In this document: piece after piece, positions 24,101-35,394 of the stretch
How positions within the stretch are numbered: the first letter of the stretch is position 1
Layout of the letters: every line of letters starts with the position of its first letter
Assembly: GCF_964355755.1 (NCBI RefSeq)
Contig: NC_092673.1
Span: 1,302,001 to 1,366,000, forward strand
Source: Antedon mediterranea
Taxonomy: Eukaryota; Animalia; Echinodermata
Reading direction: 5' to 3'
Length of the DNA stretch: 64,000 nucleotides
Position numbers and translations under genes: made by a program
Notes under the pieces: generated by a model
Seen by the model: the letters and a program-made list of their open reading frames with translations, nothing else
Told to the model about the DNA's origin: nothing
The model's database searches: none

Positions 24101-27100
24101 AAACTCTTTTAGTAATTCACTAACTGATGTTCAAGACCTGATCAACCCTATTTCATTATTCAACTTTGCTGCCGTTAAGGAAGTTAGACGAAAATGTAGG
24201 TTATAAATTATTTATTTTTACTGTTTGGTAGTAAACATTAAACTCTGCTTTCTCTTAATAACACCAGGGAGTGTAAAGGGAGATAAACAAGGTCTCTAAA
24301 GAGCTAGATGCGTACAAAAAACAACAATAAAAAATTTAGTAGAGGAACTGTAGCTACCATGTGTCATAGAGGCCATACTTCTTGTTGCTTGAACATTATT
24401 ATTTCATTATATAGATTAATTTATTGTACATTTGATTGATTTGATTGATTTATTTGATGGATTGATTTATTTGATTGATTTATTTGATTGATTTATTTGA
24501 TTGATGGATTGATTGATTGGATTGAATGATTGATGGATTGATTGATTGATTTGATGGACTGATTGATGATTGATTTGATTGATTGATTTGATTGACTGAT
24601 TTGATTGAATGCCATTGAATCTGTAACAATTATGTAATCTGATTACTTTTCAGCAATGCTTCGTCAAGTTGGCCTTTCATATTTCTTCTATCTTTTTATC
24701 TTTTCTGGTTTGGAATTCACGCTTACCTTTCTGGTACATAGAAGATTCAATTACACAAGGTATATACTGTATTTCATAATGTGCTTCACATTATAAATTT
24801 ATTAATATATTTAAAATGATTAATGTATTTTATTTCATTGACATATTCATTTATTTTGTTGAAAAGTTTCATCAAAATTCAATTTAGCATAATTATATAC
24901 TTGGCAAAATAGAATTTTGCCAAGTATAGCACTTGGTTTGCTTTGTTTGTTAGCAAGATAGTGCCTACAATGTTCAAGTTATAATAGCACTTGGTTTGTT
25001 TGTTTGTTAGCAAGATAGTGCCTACAATGTTCAAGTTATAATAGCACTTGGTTTGCTTTGTTTGTTAGCAAGATAGTGCCTACAATGTTCAAGTTATAAT
25101 AGCACTTGGTTTGCTTTGTTTGTTAGCAAGATAGTGCCTACAATGTTATACTTGCTTTGTTTGTTTGTTAGCAAGATAGTGCCTACAATGTTCAAGTTAT
25201 AATTCTGAATTGTTGGTGTAAACGTGTATATACTTACAGAACAAGAAAATCAGTTCATTAATAACTCACAAATAAAAAAAAGAAAAACTTGTATTCATTT
25301 AACATGGGCTGAAATATCAACATGTGCCCTCTGTGGCAATATTTCACTCACTTCACAATATATAAACAAGACACTAATGAAGATATAATTAAGATTATTT
25401 ATTAATATTAATATTAGTTATATCTGTTTCTTTTTCTTCTTTTGCCCATCAGTATGCAACAAGGCCGAATGTTCTTCTTTATGGGTTCTATCATGGCTAT
25501 TGTGCAGGGTGAGTATCTTAAAAACAAGTAGCAAGTTAACCTTAAGTATACCGGAGTAACTCCCTACTTGTCTCAAGTGATGATGAGTGAGTGGCCGAGC
25601 GGTTAAGACAGTGGAACTGTAATCACGTAGCCATAACATCGGCAGGGGTTCGAGGCTCACTCACTCCATGGTTCTGGTGGTAGAACGAGTCTTCTCGGAT
25701 AAGGACTATAAACCGTAGGTCCAGTGTACACAACTTGCTCGTGTGCACTTTAAAGAACCTAGTACATCTTTTGAGACGAGTAGGGGGTTACCCCGGTGTA
25801 TTAGTACATCACAGCCACTGATCACCAACTGGGCCCTCTGGGAGATCAGTCTTTGACTGAAGAGGTCACCCAGTATAAAGATAAAACAAACAAAAAACAA
25901 ACAAAAAACAAACAAACAAATCAAAAGATGTACTATATTTTTGTATAACCTATGTGCTCTAATTTCTTTTATATTGCTGATATAAAGTATATTATTATTT
26001 ATTTATTATTGTTATAATTATTAATTAATACTACTACTACTACTATTAATACTGTATTAATAATTATTATAATGTAATTAAGGTGGATATGTCAGACGAA
26101 TTCAACCAGGAAAAGAAAAGAAAGTTGCTCTTATGGTGAGTTTTAAGCTCTGTCTACACTATCAAACTTTATGTGACGAAAAATGTGATGTGCCCATATA
26201 TGGACATGATGATGTCATATCACTACCATATTTGGAAATATCACTACCATATTTGGGCAAATCACACTTTTTATTATTTATTTACTTTGATTAGTTCAAT
26301 AGCAATTATAAGTCAACTTAATTTGTAAAAACACAAAGCAGTCAGTCAGATATTTTTAATGTGATGCTCAACCTTTTTTTGTACGGGAAAACTAATTTCA
26401 ATGTTTGATTTGTTAGGGCATTATTGTATTGATTCCTGCATTCATCATCATTGGCTACGCTACAACACCCTTCGTTTGTTACCTTGGTCTCACACTCTTC
26501 TCATTCGGTAAGTCTGTTTTTAATCTTATTATATTTTATACTTATACTAATGTACCTTTTCTTCCATTTTTTCTGTATATATCTCAAATTGTGTATGCTT
26601 TTATTTTTCTGTATTTATGTTATATATGTTTTAACTTTTTTCTTTTCTTTTAAACCTTGTAACTGGACCATTTTGAAAAGCAATACTAAGTTACTGAAAA
26701 TGCAATCCAGTCAATCAAAAATAAATAAATAAAATAATGTGTGGCCTTTTGTTTTGCATTAGCTTTCACTGAATATTGTTTCTATTTCAGCTTCTGCAAC
26801 TGTAGTTCCTTGTTTAACAACTCTTGTATCTACATTTGGTAAGCCATTTAAAATCTCTAATTATTAGCCTCTAAATAATCAGTGCATACAGTTTAACTAT
26901 ATGTCACTACAGTCTTGTGTACTGAACGATAATACAGCCTACTACAGTTCCACTTTGAATCCAAAAATACTACTTATGTTAGGTTAGATTACATAGTAAC
27001 ATGGAACTTGTGCAATGACCTATGACATCATAATGGAGATGCTATTTGCATAGTCATCAGACCTTGGATTTTGTGTTATAGTCGTGCGGATTCTAGTCGA

Positions 27101-27509
27101 ATCAAGCACGGCACGCTTGTATTAATTATTTCCTTTCATATATTTTGTATATCAATTATTTTTTAACATTATTTTGAACTATTAGTTTTATTTTAATAAT
27201 ATTTCAGGTAAAGATGACCAAAAAGGAACTGTTTTGGGGATTTTCCGATCGCTAGGAGCACTAGCTAGAGCATTTGGTCCGATAATTGCATCATCTGGTA
27301 TGTTTCAAATCTTAAGCCTACTAATTATTATTATTATTAGCTAGATGACTACAGTGTTATTGGAACAAGATATTCCAAAACCAATTTCTTTTTTTTGTTA
27401 TTTAGTTTACTGGAGCCTGGGTGCAACAACTTGCTACATCTTTGGTGGAGTGAGTCTTCTTCTACCAGTTGTAATTTTACAAAGGGCTGTATCTGTGAAA
27501 AGCGACTAA
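21176..27509 (+). CDS. MFSD10: Major facilitator superfamily domain-containing protein 10 (TETRAN), 13 coding exons
   Basis: Exons 21176-21346, 21929-22025, 22453-22556, 22851-23009, 23668-23859, 24099-24195, 24654-24759, 25453-25508, 26083-26135, 26417-26507, 26791-26838, 27208-27297, 27406-27509. Motifs LLLDLLAFTMILPLLPSLL, YNSVLFGG, SDYYGRRP, GLSKSNVSLS, FSGLEFTLTFL, QKGTVLGIFRSLGALARAFGP. Confidence 0.95.
21530..21892 (-). mobile_element. tRNA-derived SINE with Deu/Nin-like central domain (same family as 25585-25922)
   Basis: The reverse complement reads GAGTGGCCGAGCTGTTAAGACAGT...GGGTTCGAGGCTCAC...TCTTCTCGGATAAAGACTGTAAACCATAGGTCCAGTG. Confidence 0.75.
22130..22308 (-). mobile_element. 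tRNA-derived CORE-like SINE
   Basis: The minus strand has a B box GGGTTCGAATCC followed by CCTTAGGCAAGACACTTA...CACCCAGGTGTACAAATGGGTACC. Confidence 0.65.
23038..23554. mobile_element. Non-autonomous DNA transposon with 5-bp TSD (AATTC), carrying a nested family-A MITE (23082-23260, TAA TSD)
   Basis: AATTC|CAGGGCCGTAGCCAGG ... CCTGGCTACAGGCCTG|AATTC; inner TAA|AGCTTGGTTCCCACT ... AGTGGGAACCACGCT|TAA. Confidence 0.85.
24430..24612. repeat. Degenerate (GATT)n microsatellite
   Basis: Visible GATT/GATTT run in MFSD10 intron 6. Confidence 0.9.
24897..25202. repeat. 58-bp tandem repeat (~5 units) after a terminal hairpin; probable Helentron-derived element
   Basis: Hairpin ATACTTGGCAAAAT-AGA-ATTTTGCCAAGTAT, then units AATAGCACTTGGTTTGCTTTGTTTGTTAGCAAGATAGTGCCTACAATGTTCAAGTTAT. 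Confidence 0.75.
25585..25922 (+). mobile_element. tRNA-derived SINE with Deu/Nin-like domain and (CAAA)n tail; partial copy at ~50405-50490
   Basis: A box TGGCCGAGCGG, B box GGTTCGAGGC; central TCGGATAAGGACTATAAACCGTAGGTCC...GAGTAGGGGGTTACCCCGGTGT resembles the Deu domain of AmnSINE1/SINE3; A-rich tail. Confidence 0.8.
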
Positions 27510-27544
27510 TCAACACAATGGGGTTGATTAGGTACATGCAGTTT

Positions 27545-28485
27545 CAATGTAGTTCAATGGCAGTTGCATTGCAAGGGCTGCCAATGTAGTTCAATGGCAG
27601 TTGCATTGCAAGGGCTGCCAATGTAGTTTAATGGCAGTTGCATTGCAAGGGCTGCCAATGTAGTTCAATGGCAGTTGCATTGCAAGGCCTGCCAACGGGG
27701 CTGCCAATTTAGTTCAATGGCAGTTGCATTGCAAGGGCTGCCAATGTAGTTCAATGGCAGTTTCTTTGCAAGGGCTGCCTATGTAGTTCAATGGCAGTTT
27801 CTTTGCAAGGGCTGCCAATGTAGTTCAATGGCAGTTGCATTGCAAGGGCTGCCAATGTAGTTAAATGGCAATTTCTTTGCAAGGGCTGCCAATGTAGTTC
27901 AATGGCAGTTGCATTGCAAGGGCTGCCAATGTAGTTCAATGGCAGTTGCATTGCAAGGGCTGCCAATGTGGTTCAATGGCAGTTTCTTTGCAAGGGCTGC
28001 CAATGTAGTTCAATGGCAGTTGCATTGCATGGCTGCCAATGTAGTTCAATGGCAGTTTCTTTGCAAGGGCTCCCAATGTAGTTCAATGGCAGTTGCATTG
28101 CAAGGCTGCCAATGTAGTTCAATTGCAGTTTCTTTGCAAGGGCTCCCAATGTAGTTCAATGGCAGTTGCATTGCAAGGCTGCAAATGTAGTTCAATGGCA
28201 GTTTCTTTGCAAGGGCTGCCAATGTAGTTCAATGGCAGTTGCATTGCAAGGGCTGCCAATGTGGTTCAATGGCAGTTTCTTTGCAAGGGCTGCCAATGTA
28301 GTTCAATGGCAGTTGCATTGCAAGGGTTGCCAATGTAGTTCAATGGCAGTTGCATTGCAAGGGCTGCCAATGTAGTTCAATGGCAGTTTCTTTGCAAGGG
28401 CTGCCAATGTAGTTCAATGGCAGTTGCATTGCAAGGTTGCCAATGTAGTTCAATGGCAGTTGCATTGCAAGGGTTGACAATGTAT
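27545..28485. repeat. 37-bp hairpin minisatellite (~25 units) immediately 3' of the MFSD10 stop codon
   Basis: Unit CAATGTAGTTCAATGGCAGTTGCATTGCAAGGGCTGC, period 37. Confidence 0.95.
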
Positions 28486-29091
28486 TTCACAGCTATAGCA
28501 TTAAACATTCCAATAATTTGCAATGGTTGAGAGATCTGACAGTTTAAATTAATAATACACTCATAGCCTCTAACTATTAAAATCAGTCTATATGTTTCTC
28601 AATGATCTTCCAAGTTTCCGAGATTCACTCACATGACATATAAATGTAGTACAGCACCTGAGCAACAGGTTGTTGCTTAGTTTAGAGATGCACGTTGAAT
28701 ATTGAATCCAAAGGTCCAGTTAGAATATAGAAATGGATGAGCTTGTTTATGTTATGTTGCCATTATCACTTTAATTGTTTTTACTAATACATGAGAGAAT
28801 ATCTATTTTTCACCGATTTATATATTTATATTGAATATTTCTTTTTAGTTATTATAGTAATATAGATTATGAGAATCATGGACACCCATTGTAGTGCAGC
28901 AGATTTATACAATATATAAATCATTATTATAAGATAAGAAACAATAAAGAATCTTGTTATTATTTCCAATTGTCTTTTGTGTTTACGTCTTGCGTTAAAA
29001 TGTAGACATAATAATTATGTACAATTATAAATTTTTTTGGTTTTATTTTTAACATTCAATTGCGCCCTCGTGGGAACCAAGCTTATGCCCG

Positions 29092-30012
29092 TTTTTAGTC
29101 GTGTGCGTGCTAACGCGACTCTACAGCTCGCTATGTCGGTCGGTCGATCGGTAAACACTAACTCAAATTTGAGCACGCGACTGCAGCCATGTATGGCCTT
29201 GTTTTTAGTCGCGTGGAAGCGACTCTATAGTTCACTATGTCGGTCGGTCGGTCTGTCTGTCTGTCTGTCTGTCGGTCTGTCGGTCTATCTGTCTGTCTGT
29301 CGGTCCGGTATCACTATGCGTTTTATCGCTTTATGACCTTATCTTGATATCAGTTTAATCTAGCTAAGTCAATTTTTCACAGAATATTCCTTATGGCCAG
29401 GAATCGATGTGGTTATGTTTTCACGGTGCGCAATAAAAAATTACGCGGTCTACGCACGATTTAACGAAATCACGTTTGTAATCATATCTTAACAACCATG
29501 AATCACAATTAAATAAAATTTGGTACTCATAAATTTCAGGGCATAAATCATCATATGGCAATACAATTACGTGCGTAGCGCATGTAACGCATGCGTACGC
29601 GCGCTTAAAATTTTCAAAATTTATTTTCGATGAAATAAGAGTACGTTTCAGGCAATTTTAAGCGTTTACAAAATTGCCATGAGTGCGCAGATTTTTGCGC
29701 GCGCACTGCGCGTTAAATGTTATTGCGCACTCTTTTTGCCCGATTTCTGTTTTCTTTACTTACTTTTCAACTCGAAATTACGTTATACGAGCACGTCAAA
29801 AGTGACAGGCTACGCACGTGTAAATTAAAAAAATATAAATGTTTTTAAACATTTCAACATTTTTAAACATGTTCAGTAATTTCGGTCAGTATAGTTCAGT
29901 ATGTCGGTCGGTCCGTCTTTCTGTCGGTCTGTCTGTCTGTCGGTCTGTTTGTCTGTCGGTCCGGTATCACTATGCATTGTAGCACGCGACTTAATGGCTG
30001 TTGGCCTTGTTT
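29092..30012 (+). mobile_element. Two tandem Helentron-associated (HINE/DINE-1-like) elements (short ~29092-29203, long ~29203-30012)
   Basis: Each starts TTTAGTCG(C/T)GTG, has a nearby inverted CGCGACT/GCGACT, a (GTCG/GTCT)n microsatellite, a subterminal CACGCGACT and a 3' end GGCCTTGTT in T-rich flanks. Confidence 0.65.
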
Positions 30013-30818
30013 CTCTTCTATATGTATATCATGTTGGTATAAGCAGACGATATATACATAGGCGCGGCTGGATAATTAGATAATTGGAATGAAAAAATAG
30101 GCTCTTTCACCACAATCATGCTCCTCCTCAAGCTGTTTCTGACTTATTTTTTTTGTATCAATGCCAGAGAGTTTTTACCGATTCAGGTCCTCTATGATTT
30201 TGATTTGTTCTATATTATTGGTTCCATTTTATAGTGTTACCGGTAGACCAAGGTTTAGGTGTACAGTAGCCTACATCTTACCCTATGGCCATCTGTTGTT
30301 GCTGTGTTGATCTCTGTGTACACGACCATACTGCAACTTACTGTCGAATACTGAGGTACTTTTTGTACGTGACCGTGTTAAACCTTTCAGTACTAGCTTG
30401 TTAAATGATTGATTGATTATTTTGCAATGAAAATACATTTCATACACTTATAGGATACTTTAACTAATAGTATCAATATTCTTAATTGTTCAACAAGTTG
30501 TTCCCATTGATAAGAAAGTCCTTTTAATTCCTCGAAGTAACTATCGAGTTGCTGTTAAAAGCTTTTGGGTGACTACTTATATAGATAATTAGCTGCCATT
30601 AAGTATTAAGTAGTTTTCCGAAGACCTTGAAAAGTCTTAAATTGAAAGTAATTGGAATACGAAGAAATGTTTACTTTGTCTAGTCTGCAACAAGTATTTG
30701 GTTGTCTCATTGTTGTGTATTAGCTGAACATAACTTTAAAAGCAGTCAAGTTCGGATTATTTTATTCCGATTTTCTGTTGTTATTCAAGCACTACTCTTA
30801 ATTTCAACTTAAACCAAA

Positions 30819-32518
30819 ATGGATACAAACTTTAGCAGCGTAGGTGATAGTGATGACGCCACATTTTTAGACTCGGATGACACGGTTATATATACTTCAC
30901 TCTACACAATTTTTCTTTTAGGAATTGTATTTAATCTTGTTGCGAGCATTTTTCTTTATAAATATTTAAAAAGACGACCAGACGAGAACCATATTATACT
31001 TTTATTCTCCTTGATTGTTGTTGATTTGGTATCTGTAAGTATCTTTGTGATTCGTACACCACTTTATTATCTAGCAGTATTCTTAAACAAACCAAATGTT
31101 TGGTGCAATTTTGCTGGTTTTACAAACGCTACATTTCCATTATCATCGGGGGCGATATGGACACTGATGTCTTTTGAGAGGTGTGTTGCACTTTCAATGC
31201 CGTTCCGTTACGCAAAGTATTTCCAACCTAAGAAGACCAAACGGTACGTATGTTGTTGCTACTTTGGCGTTGGTTGTGTTTCTGAATTCAATTCCATTTG
31301 TTGGTATTGGAAGCTATGATGCTGTGTTAGATGAACCCATCATATGTAGATACAGTTATTCTCCATATGACCCTGCTATTTATATGGTTTATTTGGGAGT
31401 TTATTTGTTTTTTGGTTGGTTAGAAGTGTTCATTGGCGCAGTTTGTAATATCGTCGTCGTTTATCAACTTTACAAGATGTCAAAGGTCAATTTAGTTGGC
31501 GTTAACCAAACCCAAGACAATAGAAGTCAGGTTAAGAATATGGAAAGTGAAATGAACATTGCGAGGACAGTTGTCATCATATTTGTTGGCTTCACTTGTT
31601 GCTGGGTTCCTTTGCTGGTAGGCCATTTATTTTGTTTAATGGTTTATTCGAACATCATACAAACATAACATACAATACAACATATAAAACTGCTGATGAG
31701 CGAGGCAGTTAAGCAAAAAAAAACATCATTGTAAATCAAATGAGCCAGCACCCCTTATGCGAGACATATACCTTTCATATTAACCATGCTCAGTATCCCT
31801 TATGAGAGCCAATACCCCTCATGTGAGCCAGTTACCCGGCTCGTAACTGGTGAATAAAATCAAAACAGAATTACAAAATGAAAAATCACTTATGCTTTGA
31901 TGTAAAAATACTCAAGAAGTTCGACCATAACGTCCACCATTTAAAGATGTATTGTCCCAAAAAAAAAGATTAATAAAATCACACTTTAAATTGATCATTT
32001 TGTATTTTTGATAAAGCTAATCACTTTTGTAGACAAAATCCATGTTTTCACTTATAAAATGACAAAATAAATGATTAAATTCAACCCAAAACCCATTGGC
32101 TGGCAGCCAATTTGAGTATTTGTTTTGCTTTAAATTACAGTTTTTAGGTAAATAAATTTTTTTTATTCAATTTTTGGTCAAAGTAGATAACTATTTGGTG
32201 ACATTAAAATGGCATATAAAAAAATATATATATTTTTTTTAGGGGAACAAAACAGTTTTAACAATATCTACAGTAAATTTAGTATGTTCATTTCGTTCTT
32301 TTCAGATAGTACTGATGTTCAAGAGATTAGGAATACCTCTCTCCGATGAGTTTGGATTCGCTGCAAGTCTACTGCTTTTCGGAAATCACTTAGTTGATCC
32401 AATCTCGTTTGTATTAGCTCGTCCGGGATTTTACAAATTCATTTTTTCAAAGTTAAGTTCTGTTATCAATTGTAGTCCATCGGAATCGATAACTTTGGCT
32501 ACCACAAGTGGTTTATAA
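30819..32518 (+). pseudogene. Prostanoid-receptor-like GPCR A1, frameshifted
   Basis: Exons 30819-31617 and 32306-32518; near-identical to A2, but with a 4-bp insertion (ACGGTACGTATG vs ACGGTATG) at ~31247 and an earlier TAA near the C-terminus. Confidence 0.85.
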
Positions 32519-33027
32519 GGATCTGCAACATGTTAGTGTTATTCAAAAGCAGAATGTACTGGTGGTTAAAAGAAAAATGGAAATTAATTTTCAATGGAAG
32601 TGGAACCGTATGGATTTACGATGATTCTACGCCGTCATCCACTCTTGAATAGAATATAGTAACGTCTAATGTAATGCATTTTCAGAATTTTCAAATTTCA
32701 TAATACATCGTACATCGTGTTCTCTTAGAAACTGGTTGATAGCATTAAGCTAATGGCCAGAGAACATGTGATACTTCCTACTCTGCTACAATCAATTATA
32801 TTAAGTTTTGGTAAATCCATAATTTAGAATGGATTTAAAAGCTCCTTTTCAAGGTAAAAAATTATGTTTTCATTTGTCATTTCTGTGCACAGTCATTAGA
32901 GTACAAATCTAATTACACAATTCTCATTTTGCACCAATAATATATCACTACAGTATTAGTGATACAAATTAATAAAATAGAGAATTATGTTGTGGATGAA
33001 CTTGTGTCTGTGTGTCATTGTTAATAG

Positions 33028-33121
33028 GCGAGTCTATTGGCGAGTCTATTGGCGAGTCTATTGGCGAGTCTTGGCGAGTCTTGGCGAGTCTTGGCGAGTC
33101 TTGGCGAGTCTTGGCGAGTCT
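33028..33121. repeat. (GGCGAGTCTATT/GGCGAGTCTT)n expansion specific to duplicate 1
   Basis: About 9 units here versus a single GGCGAGTCTA at ~39089 in the paralogous segment. Confidence 0.9.
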
Positions 33122-33207
33122 ACTGATACATCAATCGCTAAACTAACAAGTTTACTTTGTTGAATGACCATCTGAAAATTCTAGGCCTACTACTTATCAT
33201 CAACCGT

Positions 33208-34300
33208 GTTATTCTTGGTCCTCTTCTCTTTCTATTTATATCAATGATCTCCCTAAATGCTTAAATAATACTTGCTCTGCTAATATGTTTGCTGACGACA
33301 CTATTATTTTCACTGCTAACAAGTCCTCCACCCTTATTCAACAAAACCTTAATACCAACTTAAACCATCTCTACTCCTGGCTATCTGCTAACAAATTATA
33401 TATCAACGTCAAAAAAAGTCTAAACTCATTGGAACATCACAAAAACTTAGACGGAGTCCTGACATTGAACTTACTGTCAATCACCAGCCTATCGAAAATG
33501 TCACTTGCGTTAAGCACCTTAGAGTATTAATCGACAACACCCTTACCTGGAACAAAAATATTTCCCACCTAATAAACTTAACTCTTCTATTTTCCTTCTC
33601 TCCCGCACTAGATGTTTCCTTAATTTTTCCACTGCCCTTCTTCTTTACAACTCTTTATTCTTACCGCACATCGATTACTGCATCACGGTGTGGGGCTCAA
33701 TGCCTAAGTCACATCTCTAAGATTCAGAAACTTCAAAATAGAGCTCTCCAAACTATTCTCCAAGTTCCTTACACTACTGTACTCTTTAACACCATTTCTA
33801 CTCTCACTGTTTATCAACGTGCTGACTATCGCCTCTAACAATCTCGCCCTAACTAACATCTGCCGTGGGCTTGCCAGAATTACTGCCAATGGAAGAATGG
33901 CTGCCCGGCAACTTTCCAGGGATGATCTCGTTGTTCCAAGACCTCAATGTGAACTTTTTAAACATTCTTTTAATTATAAAGGACCTAATATTTTAACTCG
34001 TTAGAAGTTTCAATTAGAAATTGCAATACTTTTTTAAATTTTAAAAGTAAATTAAAGAATTTTATGCTTAATAATTACACATTTTAAATTTTTATCTTCC
34101 TGACCTTTTACTTTTTTGCCTTTTTATTTACATTTATATACTTATTCTTTATTTAATTTTAAATATTGTTATATATTTTTTACTTGTAATGTTTTTATGT
34201 CGTATTGTTGAGGGCCCCTCAAAATCAGCTTCTGCTGGCTGGGTCACCCTCTTGAAATATGGTTAGGCCTAAATAAATAATAATAAATAAAAAAATAGAT
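33208..34300 (+). mobile_element. 5'-truncated CR1/L2-group LINE fragment (degenerate reverse transcriptase C-terminal part)
   Basis: Translates across frameshifts to ILGPLLF..YINDLPKCL..MFADDT..WLSANKLYINVKK..PHIDYCITVWG; A-rich (AATA) tail; absent from the paralogous site at ~39180. Confidence 0.9.
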
Positions 34301-34348
34301 AAGTTTAAATTCTCGACAAAAAGCAAGGACGTACACATATTTAGCAAC

Positions 34349-34886
34349 ATGGTACAAAACAATACAACAGAGTTTGACTACGAGTTTGAGTACGTCAACA
34401 AAGAAGACAGCAATATAATTATCTATACAATACTCACTGGCGCATTTGTAGCTAACTTTATTGCTGTTGGGTTTCTTTATAAACATTTGCAGAAGCGTAA
34501 AGATGAGAACCATGTAATCATTCTATTCTCGTTGATCCTCGTTGACTTTGTATCTATAAGTTTATACGTGATTCGTACACCTATATATTATCTGGCATTA
34601 TACGTTAACAAACCAAATATTTGGTGCAGTTCTTACGGTTTTATGAATTAATTATTTCCGTTAACATCCGAGGCGACGTGGACACTGATGTCTTTTGAGA
34701 GATGCGTTGCACTTTTAATGCCGTTCCGTTACGCAAACTATTTCCAACCCAAGAAGACCAAACGGTATGTTGTTGCTACTTTGATGTTTATGACGTCTGT
34801 ATGTGCAATGCCGTTTGTTGGTATTGGACGATATGGTGTTCTTTTGTACGAGCCAATTAGGCCTACGTGCTTTCACGTATATTTTT
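34349..34886 (+). pseudogene. Prostanoid-receptor-like GPCR B1, nonsense mutation and truncation
   Basis: Near-identical to the B2 5' part; TAT>TAA at 34649-34651; homology to B2 stops at ~34886 (duplication breakpoint). Confidence 0.9.
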
Positions 34887-34892
34887 CATTTT

Positions 34893-35278
34893 CATTTTTG
34901 GAAAGCAATACTAAGTTACTGAAAATGCAATCCAATCAAAAGAAAGAATAAATAAACAAAATAATGTGTGGCCTTTTGTTTTGCATTAGCTTTCACTGAA
35001 TATTGTTTCTATTTCAGCTTCTGCAACTGTAGTTCCTTGTTTAACAACTCATGCATCTACATTTGGTAAGCCAATCAAAATCTCTAATTATTAGCCTCTA
35101 AATAATCAGTGCATACAGTTTAACTGTAGGTCACTACAGTCTTGTGTACTGGACAATAATGCAGCCCACTACAGTTGTTGGATTACATGGTAACATAGAA
35201 CTTTCGATTTTGCAATGACCTACCTGTATAACATCCTAATGGAGATGCTATTTGCATAATCATCAGACCTTGGATTTT
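34893..35278 (+). pseudogene. Duplicated MFSD10 fragment (end of intron 10, exon 11 copy at 35018-35065, start of intron 11)
   Basis: High identity to 26669-27073, including TTTCAG|CTTCTGCAACTGTAGTTCCTTGTTTAACAACTC...TTTG|GTAAG. Confidence 0.9.
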
Positions 35279-35394
35279 TAAAATGTAGATCGCTTGTTTC
35301 AAGCACTTAAATTACCGACAATAAGAGAATGCAACCGAATACACCGGTTCACTACTACTACATATTTTTGATGGGAAAAATAAATAATACAATA

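Noticed and set aside
25585-25668. tRNA gene
   Set aside because: It has A and B boxes but no convincing cloverleaf, and it continues into a SINE body with other copies in the window.
27349-27589. ORF-track ORFs over the MFSD10 last exon
   Set aside because: Wrong frame or strand; the spliced frame ends at TAA 27507-27509.
27545-28485. 37-bp palindromic repeats resembling a CRISPR array
   Set aside because: Units are contiguous with no unique spacers, there are no cas genes, and the context is eukaryotic.
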